A stretch of DNA of 64,000 nucleotides from Chromatiales bacterium (GTDB lineage Bacteria; Pseudomonadota; Gammaproteobacteria; Poriferisulfidales; Oxydemutatoraceae): contig JACONC010000005.1 in assembly GCA_014323925.1 (NCBI GenBank), positions 16,117-80,116 of the forward strand. The letters are read 5' to 3'. Positions 12,071 through 21,668 of the stretch are shown here, piece after piece. The position numbers and the translations under genes were made by a program. Position 1 is the first letter of the stretch; each line of letters begins with the position of its first letter. The notes beneath the pieces were generated by a model, which made no database searches, was not told the origin of the DNA, and saw nothing but the letters and a program-made list of their open reading frames with translations.

Positions 12071-13147
12071 ATGGATTCCTTAGTAACACAGTGGTTTAAG
12101 AAAGTTTTATCCAACGCACAACTGGTAGTGCTGATAGTGCTACTGGTGGCGATTGTAGTCGTATTGAATATAGCGGGCGATATATTAATGCCGTTGATAA
12201 TCGCTGCGATATTTGCTTATGTATTAGACGGTGCAGTTGAACAATTAAAGCAATGGAAAGTTCCGTCAATGCCGTCACTTACCGTCGTTTATCTTTTGTT
12301 CCTCGGCATCTTGTTGTTTATTATATTGGTGTTGTTACCGCTGATGACAGTAGAGATCACTCAATTCTTAGGCGATTTACCCGCCATCGTTAGCCGCGGC
12401 CAACAATTACTACTGCAACTGCCGCAGACCTATCCTGAACTTATAGAAGATCAGCAAATCAATAACTTCATTGCCAGTATGCGCGAAGAGATCACCAGTA
12501 TCGCACAAAGTGTATTGAGCACTTTGCTGGTTTCAATTCAAGGTTTCATAACCGTTTTGGTTTATTTGGTGTTGGTGCCTATGTTGGTGTTTTTCTTCTT
12601 GAAAGATAAAGATGTGTTGTTGCGTTGGGCTAGCGGTATGTTGCCGCATAAAGAAAATCGCGCATTGACTACTCAAGTATGGCAAGAAGCCAATCAAAAG
12701 ATCTCAAACTATATACGAGGAAAGCTGTTGGAGATATTGATAGTTTGGTTCGTCTCGTGGATTGTGTTTGCATTCCTTGGTCTGAATTATGCGCCGTTGC
12801 TCTCCTTCTTAGTCGGCATTTCAGTGATAGTTCCCTTTTTGGGAGCAGCGATCATCACCTTGCCGGTAGCTATGGTTGCTTATGCACAATGGGGTGTTTC
12901 GTCGGAATTTATCTATGTGATGGTTGCTTATGCGATTATTCAATTCCTTGACGGCAATTTGCTTGTGCCCTTTCTATTCTCGGAAATAGTCAATCTTCAT
13001 CCGGTCGCTATCATTTCCGCAATTCTTATATTCGGAGGCATCTGGGGAGTGTGGGGGGTGTTCTTCGCTATTCCTCTAGCGACGGTGGTTAATGCGATAT
13101 TGAAAGCTTGGCCGCGTGAAGCCGCTGCTCAGCAAAGCACAGTATAA
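12071..13147 (+). CDS. AI-2E family transporter (PerM/YdiK-like permease)
   Basis: 358-aa polytopic membrane protein with the characteristic AI-2E topology and the conserved C-terminal GGIWGVWGVFFAIPL segment. Confidence 0.65.
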   Translation: MDSLVTQWFKKVLSNAQLVVLIVLLVAIVVVLNIAGDILMPLIIAAIFAYVLDGAVEQLKQWKVPSMPSLTVVYLLFLGILLFIILVLLPLMTVEITQFLGDLPAIVSRGQQLLLQLPQTYPELIEDQQINNFIASMREEITSIAQSVLSTLLVSIQGFITVLVYLVLVPMLVFFFLKDKDVLLRWASGMLPHKENRALTTQVWQEANQKISNYIRGKLLEILIVWFVSWIVFAFLGLNYAPLLSFLVGISVIVPFLGAAIITLPVAMVAYAQWGVSSEFIYVMVAYAIIQFLDGNLLVPFLFSEIVNLHPVAIISAILIFGGIWGVWGVFFAIPLATVVNAILKAWPREAAAQQSTV

Positions 13148-13185
13148 TAAGTTTGTAGTATTAATTAACAACACAAATCTATGTA

Positions 13186-14076
13186 TTGAAAGCGATGTCG
13201 GTAAAGTTCCAAGGCAGTATGGTAGCGATTGCAACCCCTATCAAGGGTAGCTATATAGATTATCCATCTTTTGAGAATTTACTAGAGTTTCATATAGAAA
13301 ACGGTAGCGACGCTATCGTAGTTGCCGGCACAACCGGTGAATCGGCAACACTTGATATCAACGAGCATCGCGAAGTATTACATTTCGCAGTGGAAGTAGT
13401 GAGACAGCGAGTAGCAGTCATCGCCGGCACTGGTGCCAATTCTACCGCAGAAGCTATAAAACTAACCGAGTTTGCCGAGCATGCCGAGGCTGATGCTTGT
13501 CTTTCGGTAACGCCTTATTACAACAAGCCTACCCAAGAAGGACTTTACCATCACTATCGCAGTATCGCCGAGGCGGTTGATATGCCGCAGATACTCTACA
13601 ATGTTCCGGGGCGTACAGCGTGCGATATGCTCCCCGAAACTGTCCAACGATTGTCTGAAATTGACAATATCATTGGCATCAAAGAGACCGTATCCTTATC
13701 GCGCATGCAACAGATTAGAGATTTATGCGGTGATGATTTCGCACTCTACAGCGGTGAAGATGCACTGGCTGCAGAGGCGATATTGCAAGGGGCTGATGGC
13801 GTTATATCAGTGACCGCCAATGTAGCACCGGCATTGATGCATCGCTTGTGTGTTGCAGCACTGAACGGTGATCGCCAATCAGCCGAAGAAATAGACCAAC
13901 TATTGCAACCGTTACACAAAGCTTTATTTCTTGAATCCAATCCAATCCCGGTCAAATGGGCACTAACGCAAATGGCTTTAATGACCAATGACATACGCTT
14001 GCCGCTAACTATTTTGTCTGCAACACATCGTCAAGCGGTAGCCGATGCAATGAAACACGCCGGTATAGAGTTATGA
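13186..14076 (+). CDS. dapA: 4-hydroxy-tetrahydrodipicolinate synthase
   Basis: GSMVAIATP...AGTTGESATL...PYYNKPTQEGLYHHY...ILYNVPGRT aligns closely with E. coli DapA. The start may be at 13195 (MSVKF). Confidence 0.9.
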   Translation: MKAMSVKFQGSMVAIATPIKGSYIDYPSFENLLEFHIENGSDAIVVAGTTGESATLDINEHREVLHFAVEVVRQRVAVIAGTGANSTAEAIKLTEFAEHAEADACLSVTPYYNKPTQEGLYHHYRSIAEAVDMPQILYNVPGRTACDMLPETVQRLSEIDNIIGIKETVSLSRMQQIRDLCGDDFALYSGEDALAAEAILQGADGVISVTANVAPALMHRLCVAALNGDRQSAEEIDQLLQPLHKALFLESNPIPVKWALTQMALMTNDIRLPLTILSATHRQAVADAMKHAGIEL

Positions 14077-15125
14077 GAATAACAAGATGCGCAGCGATTA
14101 TATATGGTATATGCGGCTGCTTGGCGATGGCCGGCTGTTCATCCGACGGTTCGTCCTTTATGGACGATATAGAATTCGGCTTGCCCGGCTTAGGCGAGGG
14201 AGTGTATATGGGAGAGGACAATAAAGCATTGCAAGTGCCGCCCGACTTAACCGCTTTGGATGCCTCGAAAAAAATAGGTGTGCCGGGCAGCGAGAATGTA
14301 AGTATGTCCGATATGGCTTTTGATAGCCGGGTGTTGCCCGAACGTTTAGATTTGCGCGTCCAGCGCGAAGGTGATGTGATATGGCTTTCAGTCGATGTCG
14401 ATCCGGTGACCTTGTGGCCCGAGTTGCAGGGCTTTTTGCAACTCGGTGGCTTTGATGTTGTCGCAAGCGATCCAGCCGCCGGCAACATGGAAACCAGTTG
14501 GCGAGAACGACAAATCAATGTAGATCAAAAGCGACAAGGCTTAATCAGGCTACGCAATCAGCTACGGGTCAATTTGGAACGAGAACCTAACGCAGTTACC
14601 AATGTTTTCTTCTCAGTGCGCGAAGCTGGCTATATCGGCAGCGGCTGGCGAATATTGCCGCCTGATCCCTATATAGAGAGGCTGCTGTTATTTAAGTTTA
14701 AGGATTATCTCGCCCGCAATAGGGAGATAGCCAATCCGCAGATGGCATCTTTGAGCGATATAACAACACTGTTGCGCATTCGGAACGCCGAAGGTGTGGC
14801 GGTGCTTGAGATAGGGCAGTCGTTTAGCAAAGTATGGCGGCGTCTGAATGCAACGCTACGACGGTCGGACATGAATGTGCGCGCAAGTGACCGCAGTCGT
14901 GGCATTTATCTCGTCGAATACCGAGCAACACCCGCCGAGCGCAACGGATCAATAGATAGTACGCCTGCCAACCAATCTTTATTACAACTGCATGTACTCG
15001 GTAGTGGCAATCGCACCATCGTAACCGTGCACCCGAACCGAGACAATCAAAAGGTGCCATACGCCACTGCCCAACGCGTGCTACAACGAGTTGTTATGGC
15101 GTATCAACCGACTTTGAGATCTTGA
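14073..15125 (+). CDS. bamC: outer-membrane protein assembly factor BamC (NlpB) lipoprotein
   Basis: It lies immediately downstream of dapA (the conserved dapA-nlpB pair). The N-terminal lipoprotein signal carries a lipobox (LAMAGC SSD). Length is 350 aa. Confidence 0.6.
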   Translation: MRITRCAAIIYGICGCLAMAGCSSDGSSFMDDIEFGLPGLGEGVYMGEDNKALQVPPDLTALDASKKIGVPGSENVSMSDMAFDSRVLPERLDLRVQREGDVIWLSVDVDPVTLWPELQGFLQLGGFDVVASDPAAGNMETSWRERQINVDQKRQGLIRLRNQLRVNLEREPNAVTNVFFSVREAGYIGSGWRILPPDPYIERLLLFKFKDYLARNREIANPQMASLSDITTLLRIRNAEGVAVLEIGQSFSKVWRRLNATLRRSDMNVRASDRSRGIYLVEYRATPAERNGSIDSTPANQSLLQLHVLGSGNRTIVTVHPNRDNQKVPYATAQRVLQRVVMAYQPTLRS

Positions 15126-15526
15126 TGGAAGAGCATAAATGTCCCTTTCAGATGCCGCAAATTAAACAAGATTTTGCCTGCGCATTAGGTGTCGGAGTGA
15201 CTCGCCGAGATGGCGCAGCCATTGCCTGCCAGTCAAACTCTGCCAGCATACGCTGCTGTGAATTGCATGCACACTTGAAGCAAGCAGGCTTGGCAGCTTA
15301 TGGGGCGAGCGACGATTTATTGCGAGTACCGCAGAGCTTTTATATTAAGGTACAATATGGAGGTTTGTTAGGATTGCAGAGATTACTCGGCGACGCCCAA
15401 CGGGATATTGCAGATATATCGTCGCTGGTTGCACAGTTGTACGAGCACTATGGTGCGATTGAAAATATACCCTGCGAGCAAGTGATAACCGACATTGCAT
15501 CTTACAAAGTGCGGCGCAAGAAATAG
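15122..15526 (+). CDS. hypothetical protein (134 aa)
   Basis: The ORF overlaps the bamC stop by 4 nt. I recognise no motifs, so coding status is uncertain. Confidence 0.25.
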   Translation: MMEEHKCPFQMPQIKQDFACALGVGVTRRDGAAIACQSNSASIRCCELHAHLKQAGLAAYGASDDLLRVPQSFYIKVQYGGLLGLQRLLGDAQRDIADISSLVAQLYEHYGAIENIPCEQVITDIASYKVRRKK

Positions 15527-15579
15527 AGCCATGCTGGTGAAAGGACAATTTTGATTTTGAACAAAGCAAGGAGTATAAA

Positions 15580-15798
15580 ATGGAAGATACTTTACATCAT
15601 AAAAATGACGAAACAGGCTTCATCATAGGTTGGAGATACAAATATAAGTTTGAAGCTGGCTATTATTATGACGAAGAAATGAGCTTCGGAGAGGCTAAAA
15701 AGCGTGTTGAGGAATTGCACGAAAAACATCCTGATATGACTTTTTGGCCGAAGAAAAAATCAATCACCGCAGCCTTCTATAACCCTGACGCGCACTAA
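15580..15798 (+). CDS. small hypothetical protein (72 aa), Tyr/Lys/Glu-rich
   Basis: A strong AAGGAG ribosome-binding site sits 7 nt upstream of the ATG. The sequence MEDTLHHKNDETGFIIGWRYKYKFEAGYYYDEEMSF... matches no family I recognise. Confidence 0.35.
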   Translation: MEDTLHHKNDETGFIIGWRYKYKFEAGYYYDEEMSFGEAKKRVEELHEKHPDMTFWPKKKSITAAFYNPDAH

Positions 15799-15855
15799 TC
15801 GGCATCGCCCAAGCAGGTGCAATACAGGATGGTTCAATCATAATGGGTTATCACA

Positions 15856-17268
15856 GTGGCTGGACTGACTTTATACGACAAACTATGGCAAGATCACCTA
15901 GTCTTTGAAGAGCCTAGTGGCGATGCTCTCATTTATATCGATAGACATTTAGTACACGAGGTCACCTCACCGCAGGCTTTTGAGGGCTTGGCATTGTCCA
16001 AACGCAACTTATGGCGTAAGGACAGCATCATCGCAGTACCTGACCACAATGTGCCGACCCGCAACCAGAACACCACCATTGCCGATCCTATTTCGCGGTT
16101 GCAACTGGAGACGCTGGCAACAAATTGCGCGACACACGGCATCCGATATTACCCACTCGGCGATATGCGCCAAGGTATCGTCCATATTATCGGACCCGAG
16201 CAGGGCGCGACCTTGCCAGGGATGACGATAGTCTGCGGTGATTCTCACACTTCCACGCACGGAGCTTTTGCAACTTTGGCGATGGGTATCGGCACCTCCG
16301 ATGTCGAGCATGTGTTCGCAACCCAGTGCTTGAAGACTGCTAAGCTCAAAAATATGCGCATCAACATAGCAGGCTCGCTACCGTTGGGTATCAATGCCAA
16401 AGATTTGATATTGGCGATCATCGGCAACATCGGCACCGCCGGTGGCACTGGCTATGCAATAGAGTATAGCGGCAGTGCTATCAGTGAACTATCTATGGAA
16501 GCGCGTATGACGATTTGCAATATGACCATAGAAGCGGGCGCACGCGCTGGTCTGATTGCTTTTGACCAGTGCACTGCCGATTATTTGAAAGGTCGCCCCC
16601 TTGCCCCTAAAAATTTATTGTGGGAGCAAGCACTAGGTAGCTGGGAGACATTACATTCCGACGCTGATGCGGCGTTTGACACCGAACATACGATCAACGC
16701 AAACGATGTGCCACCGCAGGTTACTTGGGGCACCTCACCAGAGATGGTCGTCTCAGTTAACGATGCGGTGCCGAACCCTGATGAGCAGAGCGATGAGAAC
16801 AAAGCAAAGAATTGGCGGCAAGCACTGGCTTATATGGATTTGCAGCCCGGCACGCTGATGCAAGACATACGACTGGATAAGATCTTTATCGGTTCGTGCA
16901 CGAATTCTAGAATTGAAGATTTGCGGCTCGCTGCACGCATCGTCAACAATAAAAAACTAGCAAGCAATATCAAACAAGCGATCGTCGTCCCCGGTTCGGA
17001 GATGGTCAAACACCAAGCCGAACAAGAAGGTCTGGACACCGTCTTTACCCGTGCTGGTTTTGAATGGCGAAATCCAGGCTGCTCAATGTGTCTAGGTATG
17101 AACGACGACCGTTTGAGTCGTGGTGAACGGTGTGCGTCAACTTCTAACCGCAACTTTGAAGGCCGCCAAGGTCAAGGTGGGCGCACTCATCTGGTGAGTC
17201 CGGCGATGGCAGCAGCAGCAGCAATCAACGGGCACTTCACTGACATCCGCCACTGGAATATAGACTAA
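15856..17268 (+). CDS. leuC: 3-isopropylmalate dehydratase large subunit
   Basis: [11 protein letters not shown]...[12 protein letters not shown] is the aconitase-family LeuC N-terminus. Length is 470 aa, with the Cys ligand cluster ([15 protein letters not shown]). Confidence 0.95.
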   Translation: MAGLTLYDKLWQDHLVFEEPSGDALIYIDRHLVHEVTSPQAFEGLALSKRNLWRKDSIIAVPDHNVPTRNQNTTIADPISRLQLETLATNCATHGIRYYPLGDMRQGIVHIIGPEQGATLPGMTIVCGDSHTSTHGAFATLAMGIGTSDVEHVFATQCLKTAKLKNMRINIAGSLPLGINAKDLILAIIGNIGTAGGTGYAIEYSGSAISELSMEARMTICNMTIEAGARAGLIAFDQCTADYLKGRPLAPKNLLWEQALGSWETLHSDADAAFDTEHTINANDVPPQVTWGTSPEMVVSVNDAVPNPDEQSDENKAKNWRQALAYMDLQPGTLMQDIRLDKIFIGSCTNSRIEDLRLAARIVNNKKLASNIKQAIVVPGSEMVKHQAEQEGLDTVFTRAGFEWRNPGCSMCLGMNDDRLSRGERCASTSNRNFEGRQGQGGRTHLVSPAMAAAAAINGHFTDIRHWNID

Positions 17269-17903
17269 TGCAAAAGTTTCAGAGCATTCAAAGCATCGTC
17301 ATACCGCTGGATCGCACCAATGTTGATACCGATGCCATCATCCCCAAACAGTATCTAAAATCAGTCAAACGCAGCGGCTTAGGACCCTATCTATTTGACT
17401 ATTGGCGATACCTAGACCCTGGCGATTTAACCATTGATAACGCACAAAGACGACAGAACTCAGACTGCATATTCAACGACCCACATTATAAGGACGCGCA
17501 GATTTTATTGACCGGAGCCAACTTCGGTTGCGGTTCCTCGCGTGAACACGCAGTCTGGGCAATGATCGATTACGGCTTGAAAGCAGTTATCGCCGCTGGC
17601 TTCGCCGACATCTTCTATAACAACGCAATCAAAAACGGCTTATTGCCTGTCGTGCTCAATGAACAAACTATTGCAACCTTATTTGACAACACTGCCGACC
17701 CGAATTACACCCTAACCATCAACCTAGCCGACCAAACCGTCGCCGATGCCCAGTCGCAATGGCACTTTGATATCGCTGACTTTGATAAACAATGCCTGCT
17801 GGAAGGTCTAGACCAAATTGCCCTGACCCTTAAACACGCTGACAAAATCCGTGCCTACGAACTCAAGCGCCGACAAACCACACCATGGTTGTTTGCGGAA
17901 TAA
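17268..17903 (+). CDS. leuD: 3-isopropylmalate dehydratase small subunit
   Basis: 211 aa, start overlapping the leuC stop. The GANFGCGSSREHAVWA motif is present. Confidence 0.9.
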   Translation: MQKFQSIQSIVIPLDRTNVDTDAIIPKQYLKSVKRSGLGPYLFDYWRYLDPGDLTIDNAQRRQNSDCIFNDPHYKDAQILLTGANFGCGSSREHAVWAMIDYGLKAVIAAGFADIFYNNAIKNGLLPVVLNEQTIATLFDNTADPNYTLTINLADQTVADAQSQWHFDIADFDKQCLLEGLDQIALTLKHADKIRAYELKRRQTTPWLFAE

Positions 17904-18118
17904 GTCGCTTGGTTGCACAAAGCACGCCACCCACCATTAAACGATCGCGACAAACCTATGTGGTGAGCCACCGGCATGCGTAGCGTGTCGTCTCGCAACA
18001 TCACACAGCAAAATGTTATGGTTAAAAACAGTAACAGAGTTCGGCAGGCACTGCCCATCTTACACAAGGCATGTATAATAAATCCTCTTTAACTATAGTC
18101 CTTAGGATACTGTAAATC

Positions 18119-19207
18119 ATGGCCGATGCTAAACATATCTTATTACTGCCTGGCGACGGCATAGGTCCCGAAGTAATTGCCGAGGCCGTTAAACTCATCA
18201 AGTGTCTGCAAAGCGAAGGGCTAAACATTGCGTATAGCGAAGGATTAATCGGTGGCACAGCCTACGATGCCTGCGGCAAACCATTGCCCGACGAGACTTT
18301 GGCGGCAGCGCGGTCGTCTGATGCGATATTGATGGGCGCGGTGGGCGCCCCCCAATACGAGAAATTGCCACGCGAGGCACGCCCGGAGCAGGGGTTGTTG
18401 GCAATACGCAAAGAGCTAGGCCTGTTCGCTAATTTGAGGCCGGCGATGTTGTTTAAGCCGCTGGCAACCCGTTCTAGCTTGCGCACTGACCTGATAGAAG
18501 GGCTGGATATTTTGATAGTGCGAGAATTGACTGGCGGCATCTATTTCGGTGAACCGCGCGGCAAACATTATAACGAAGACCATCTACACGAGGCATACAA
18601 CACGATGGTCTACAATGAGGATGAGATAATGCGCATTGCGCGTATGGCATACCAAGCGGCGGCGATGCGCGGTAAGCGGTTGTGCTCAGTTGACAAAGCA
18701 AATGTATTGGAAGTGTCTGAGTTGTGGCGAGAGGTCGTCGAAAGTTTAAGATCCGACTATTCCGATGTTGAACTGACCCACCTTTATGTAGACAATGCAG
18801 CGATGCAGTTGGTGCGTGAACCCAAGCAGTTTGATGTAATTGTCACCTCTAATCTATTCGGCGACATACTATCCGATTTGGCAGCGATGCTAACCGGTTC
18901 AATAGGCATGCTACCGTCGGCTTCTCTAGACAGTTCAAATAAAGGTTTGTACGAACCGGTGCACGGTTCCGCACCCGATATAGCTGGGCGCGGATGTGCC
19001 AATCCACTGGCAGCGATTTTGTCGCTTGCTATGCTACTACGCTATTCTCTGGAGATGTCCGACCCAGCAGACCGCATAGAACAAGCAGTCGCCCAAGCAC
19101 TAGAAACCCATCGCACACCAGACATCGCCGCCGGCAGCAACGCAGTATCCACCGCCGAGATGGGCGATGCTGTCGTACGCTATTACAACCAAGCTGTAGC
19201 GGGCTAA
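18119..19207 (+). CDS. leuB: 3-isopropylmalate dehydrogenase
   Basis: [12 protein letters not shown]-terminus and the NLFGDILSD decarboxylating-dehydrogenase signature; 362 aa. Confidence 0.95.
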   Translation: MADAKHILLLPGDGIGPEVIAEAVKLIKCLQSEGLNIAYSEGLIGGTAYDACGKPLPDETLAAARSSDAILMGAVGAPQYEKLPREARPEQGLLAIRKELGLFANLRPAMLFKPLATRSSLRTDLIEGLDILIVRELTGGIYFGEPRGKHYNEDHLHEAYNTMVYNEDEIMRIARMAYQAAAMRGKRLCSVDKANVLEVSELWREVVESLRSDYSDVELTHLYVDNAAMQLVREPKQFDVIVTSNLFGDILSDLAAMLTGSIGMLPSASLDSSNKGLYEPVHGSAPDIAGRGCANPLAAILSLAMLLRYSLEMSDPADRIEQAVAQALETHRTPDIAAGSNAVSTAEMGDAVVRYYNQAVAG

Positions 19208-19243
19208 TGTTTGGGCAAAGCTGTCAAACTATCTGATGCCCCA

Positions 19244-19951
19244 ATGAGAACGCTTGCTATTGGTGATATACACGGCACGCACAAGGCAATGCTACAGTGC
19301 TTTGACAGGTCTCAGTTTGATTATGAGGAGGATCAACTGATTGTGTTGGGCGATGTTTGTGATGGTTATCCGCAAGTCAAGCAATGCATAGATGAGTTAT
19401 TAAAAATTAAGCATTGTCGTTTGGTCATCGGTAATCACGATATATGGGCATTGGACTGGGCGCTGAAAGGTGAGATGCCTGAAATATGGACTCGCCAAGG
19501 CGGTGCGCGAACCATCGCTTCGTATGATGGCGAACCTATGCCGAAAGCGCATATTGAGTTTTTAAGAGGCGGAGAACTTTGGATTGAACGCAACAAGCAA
19601 TTCTTTGTGCACGGTGGCTTCAAGCCTGATGTGCCGCTTAACAAGCATACTGCAAAAATGTTTATTTGGGATAGAACGCTTATTGATACGGCATGGGAAA
19701 AACATACCACCAACACCGCATGCCAATTAGGCAAGTATAAAGATATATTTATCGGTCATACGACAACCGAACACTTTGAAACATTAGAACCGCTAAATGT
19801 ATGCAACATCTGGGATTTAGATACCGGTGCCGGCTGGAGCGGCAAACTGACCCTTATGGATGTTGACACAAAAGAATACTGGCAGTCCGATTTAACACAG
19901 GATTTATATGGCGGATTACCCAATCAACTGGCAGCACAATGGAGTGCTTAA
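19244..19951 (+). CDS. metallophosphoesterase, Ser/Thr protein phosphatase PrpA/ApaH-like
   Basis: LAIGDIHG...GDVCDGYPQ...GNHD motifs of the calcineurin-like phosphoesterase family. The track ORF starts at a TTG (19211) only 4 nt after leuB; I chose the internal ATG at 19244. Confidence 0.7.
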   Translation: MRTLAIGDIHGTHKAMLQCFDRSQFDYEEDQLIVLGDVCDGYPQVKQCIDELLKIKHCRLVIGNHDIWALDWALKGEMPEIWTRQGGARTIASYDGEPMPKAHIEFLRGGELWIERNKQFFVHGGFKPDVPLNKHTAKMFIWDRTLIDTAWEKHTTNTACQLGKYKDIFIGHTTTEHFETLEPLNVCNIWDLDTGAGWSGKLTLMDVDTKEYWQSDLTQDLYGGLPNQLAAQWSA

Positions 19952-20004
19952 CATAGCGACTATATGATGTACTATGATACTTTCATAAAATAGTAGGCAT
20001 AAAA

Positions 20005-20052
20005 TTAGTGGAGAAAAAATTAGTGGAGAAAAAATTGACAGAGAAAAAATTA
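20005..20052. repeat. three imperfect 15-bp tandem repeats (TTAGTGGAGAAAAAA x2, TTGACAGAGAAAAAA)
   Basis: Read directly in the sequence. They lie at the 5' end of the ORF track's call for the TlpA-like gene (encoding EKKL-VEKKL-TEKKL), probably upstream of the real start at 20098. Confidence 0.6.
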
Positions 20053-20640
20053 ACGAAGCGGTTCTATGCAGCGGCACGCACACTGCTCTCTAGTTGGATG
20101 AAGGCAGTCACCTTTTGCTTGTGCGTGGCAATTATATTTATCGGCACGATGCCGCCCTCGACCTCCATCACCTTATCCGACCATCCCAAAACATTACCGC
20201 CATTTCATACCCAAGAAGCGATTGACTGGCTCAATTCTCCGCCGCTACAAGTGGAAGACCTAAAAGGCAAAGTGGTACTCATTGATTTTTGGACTTACAG
20301 CTGTTGGAATTGCTATCGCTCTTTCCCGTGGCTAAACACTATGGAAGCCCGCTTCAAAGACGAGGATTTTATCGTCATTGGTGTGCACACCCCTGAGTTT
20401 GACCACGAACGAGACCGCAGTAAAGTAGCCGAAAAAATCAAAGAATTCGGATTACATCACCCCGTTGTCATAGACAACGATCACCGCTACTGGCAAGCCA
20501 TGCGCAACCGCTACTGGCCGGCATTCTATGTGGTAGATAAACAAGGAAACATCCGCCACCACTATGTTGGCGAAACCCACGAAGGCAGCCAACGCGCCCG
20601 CATCATAGAACAGGCGATAAGCCAACTGCTCGCCGAGTAA
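20008..20640 (+). CDS. TlpA-like thiol:disulfide oxidoreductase (thioredoxin-fold redoxin), membrane-anchored
   Basis: WTYSCWNCYRSFP is a CxxC redox motif in a TlpA/ResA-like context, preceded by an N-terminal TM helix. The probable real start is the ATG at 20098 (MKAVTF). Confidence 0.6.
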   Translation: MEKKLVEKKLTEKKLTKRFYAAARTLLSSWMKAVTFCLCVAIIFIGTMPPSTSITLSDHPKTLPPFHTQEAIDWLNSPPLQVEDLKGKVVLIDFWTYSCWNCYRSFPWLNTMEARFKDEDFIVIGVHTPEFDHERDRSKVAEKIKEFGLHHPVVIDNDHRYWQAMRNRYWPAFYVVDKQGNIRHHYVGETHEGSQRARIIEQAISQLLAE

Positions 20641-20688
20641 GTGCATAATATCAAAACCCCAGAGCCTTATAAATCTATAGGCACCCCA

Positions 20689-20728
20689 CCAAATTAAGTG
20701 TGCAAATTAAGTATGCAAATTAAGTGTG
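20689..20728. repeat. three 13-bp tandem repeats (CAAATTAAGTGTG / CAAATTAAGTATG / CAAATTAAGTGTG)
   Basis: Read directly. They sit in the intergenic stretch at the left edge of the defence island. Confidence 0.6.
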
Positions 20729-20810
20729 TGCCACCAAGATATTCGCATTAGAGCAGTGCGCCGACATAATGCATATTTGATAAGGTGCTGAAAAAACGAC
20801 CTTAACTCTG

Positions 20811-21263
20811 TTAAGCAGTCTGGTCTAGCCTATATGTGCTGATAGATGTTCTGCTTCTAATAGCCTTTATTTGCCTAGTTCTTCTTTTGGGTGGCGTGCT
20901 GTAGACATTCCACTTTGGAACTACCAATAGAGAAAAACCTAATTGTCGTAATTTCAGTTCCACTGACTCTTTAATTGTAGTCTTACCATTTTCCATAGAC
21001 TTCAGCGTTCTTTCAGCTATTTCCAGCTCCTTTGCCAATTCTTTAGGGGTATAGCCCATCTCAGTCCTCAAAAATCTTATCTCATCTCCATTGATAGATT
21101 TGGACTCTAGAATGTCCTTAGCAATTAACCAGTGTAAAGCATGTATATTAGGAATTGTTATCACCTTCTCGCCATCGTCATCAGCAAAATGCAACCCATC
21201 AATATACACATTTTTTAGCCCACACTCAGTGTAATGGTATCTTTCTTTACTCTCTGCTTTCAT
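20811..21263 (-). CDS. XRE-family HTH protein, putative antitoxin of a type II TA pair
   Basis: 150 aa with a central HTH (TPKELAKELEIAERTLKSMENGK). Its start overlaps the stop of the upstream toxin-like gene by 17 nt, in a toxin-first arrangement like HigBA/MqsRA. Confidence 0.5.
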   Translation of the reverse strand: MKAESKERYHYTECGLKNVYIDGLHFADDDGEKVITIPNIHALHWLIAKDILESKSINGDEIRFLRTEMGYTPKELAKELEIAERTLKSMENGKTTIKESVELKLRQLGFSLLVVPKWNVYSTPPKRRTRQIKAIRSRTSISTYRLDQTA

Positions 21264-21582
21264 TTTCCCACATCACGGTTACTAGTTTAACAGCACAACG
21301 CTCTAAGCTGGGTATAATTACGATGCATATTCTTTTACCTCCAGAGTTAGGTGTGTAACCAGCAATTTTATACTTGTATAAGCCCTCATCAGATCTAGTG
21401 GTTTCATCAAGGCTTATCAGTTCAAATTTGTGTCTGAGGAGATACAGTATATCAGACATGATAATACCACGCTCGATTAAACGTTGCTTAGCATGTCTAG
21501 TCCACGTAATCCGCTCTATTCCGTTATTTCTTTGCAGAAAATCAAATAATTTTTTTTCATTTAAGGGTTTATGAGAGTACAT
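21247..21582 (-). CDS. DUF4258-family putative toxin (RelE/ParE-superfamily-like)
   Basis: The 111-aa protein has a TRHAKQRLIERGI motif that I remember as diagnostic of DUF4258 toxins. It is translationally coupled to the downstream HTH gene. Confidence 0.5.
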   Translation of the reverse strand: MYSHKPLNEKKLFDFLQRNNGIERITWTRHAKQRLIERGIIMSDILYLLRHKFELISLDETTRSDEGLYKYKIAGYTPNSGGKRICIVIIPSLERCAVKLVTVMWENESRE

Positions 21583-21668
21583 ATTATGTTGAGGGAAATA
21601 ATTCTAACAAAGTCTTAATCATGCTATCAAAATTGTATTATCAACATCGGTTCTATCTGCCACTGCTC

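Noticed and set aside
18022-18701. Minus-strand ORFs overlapping the leuB 5' region
   Set aside because: They are antisense to leuB and have Arg/Pro/Ser-rich low-complexity translations typical of wrong-frame GC-rich sequence.
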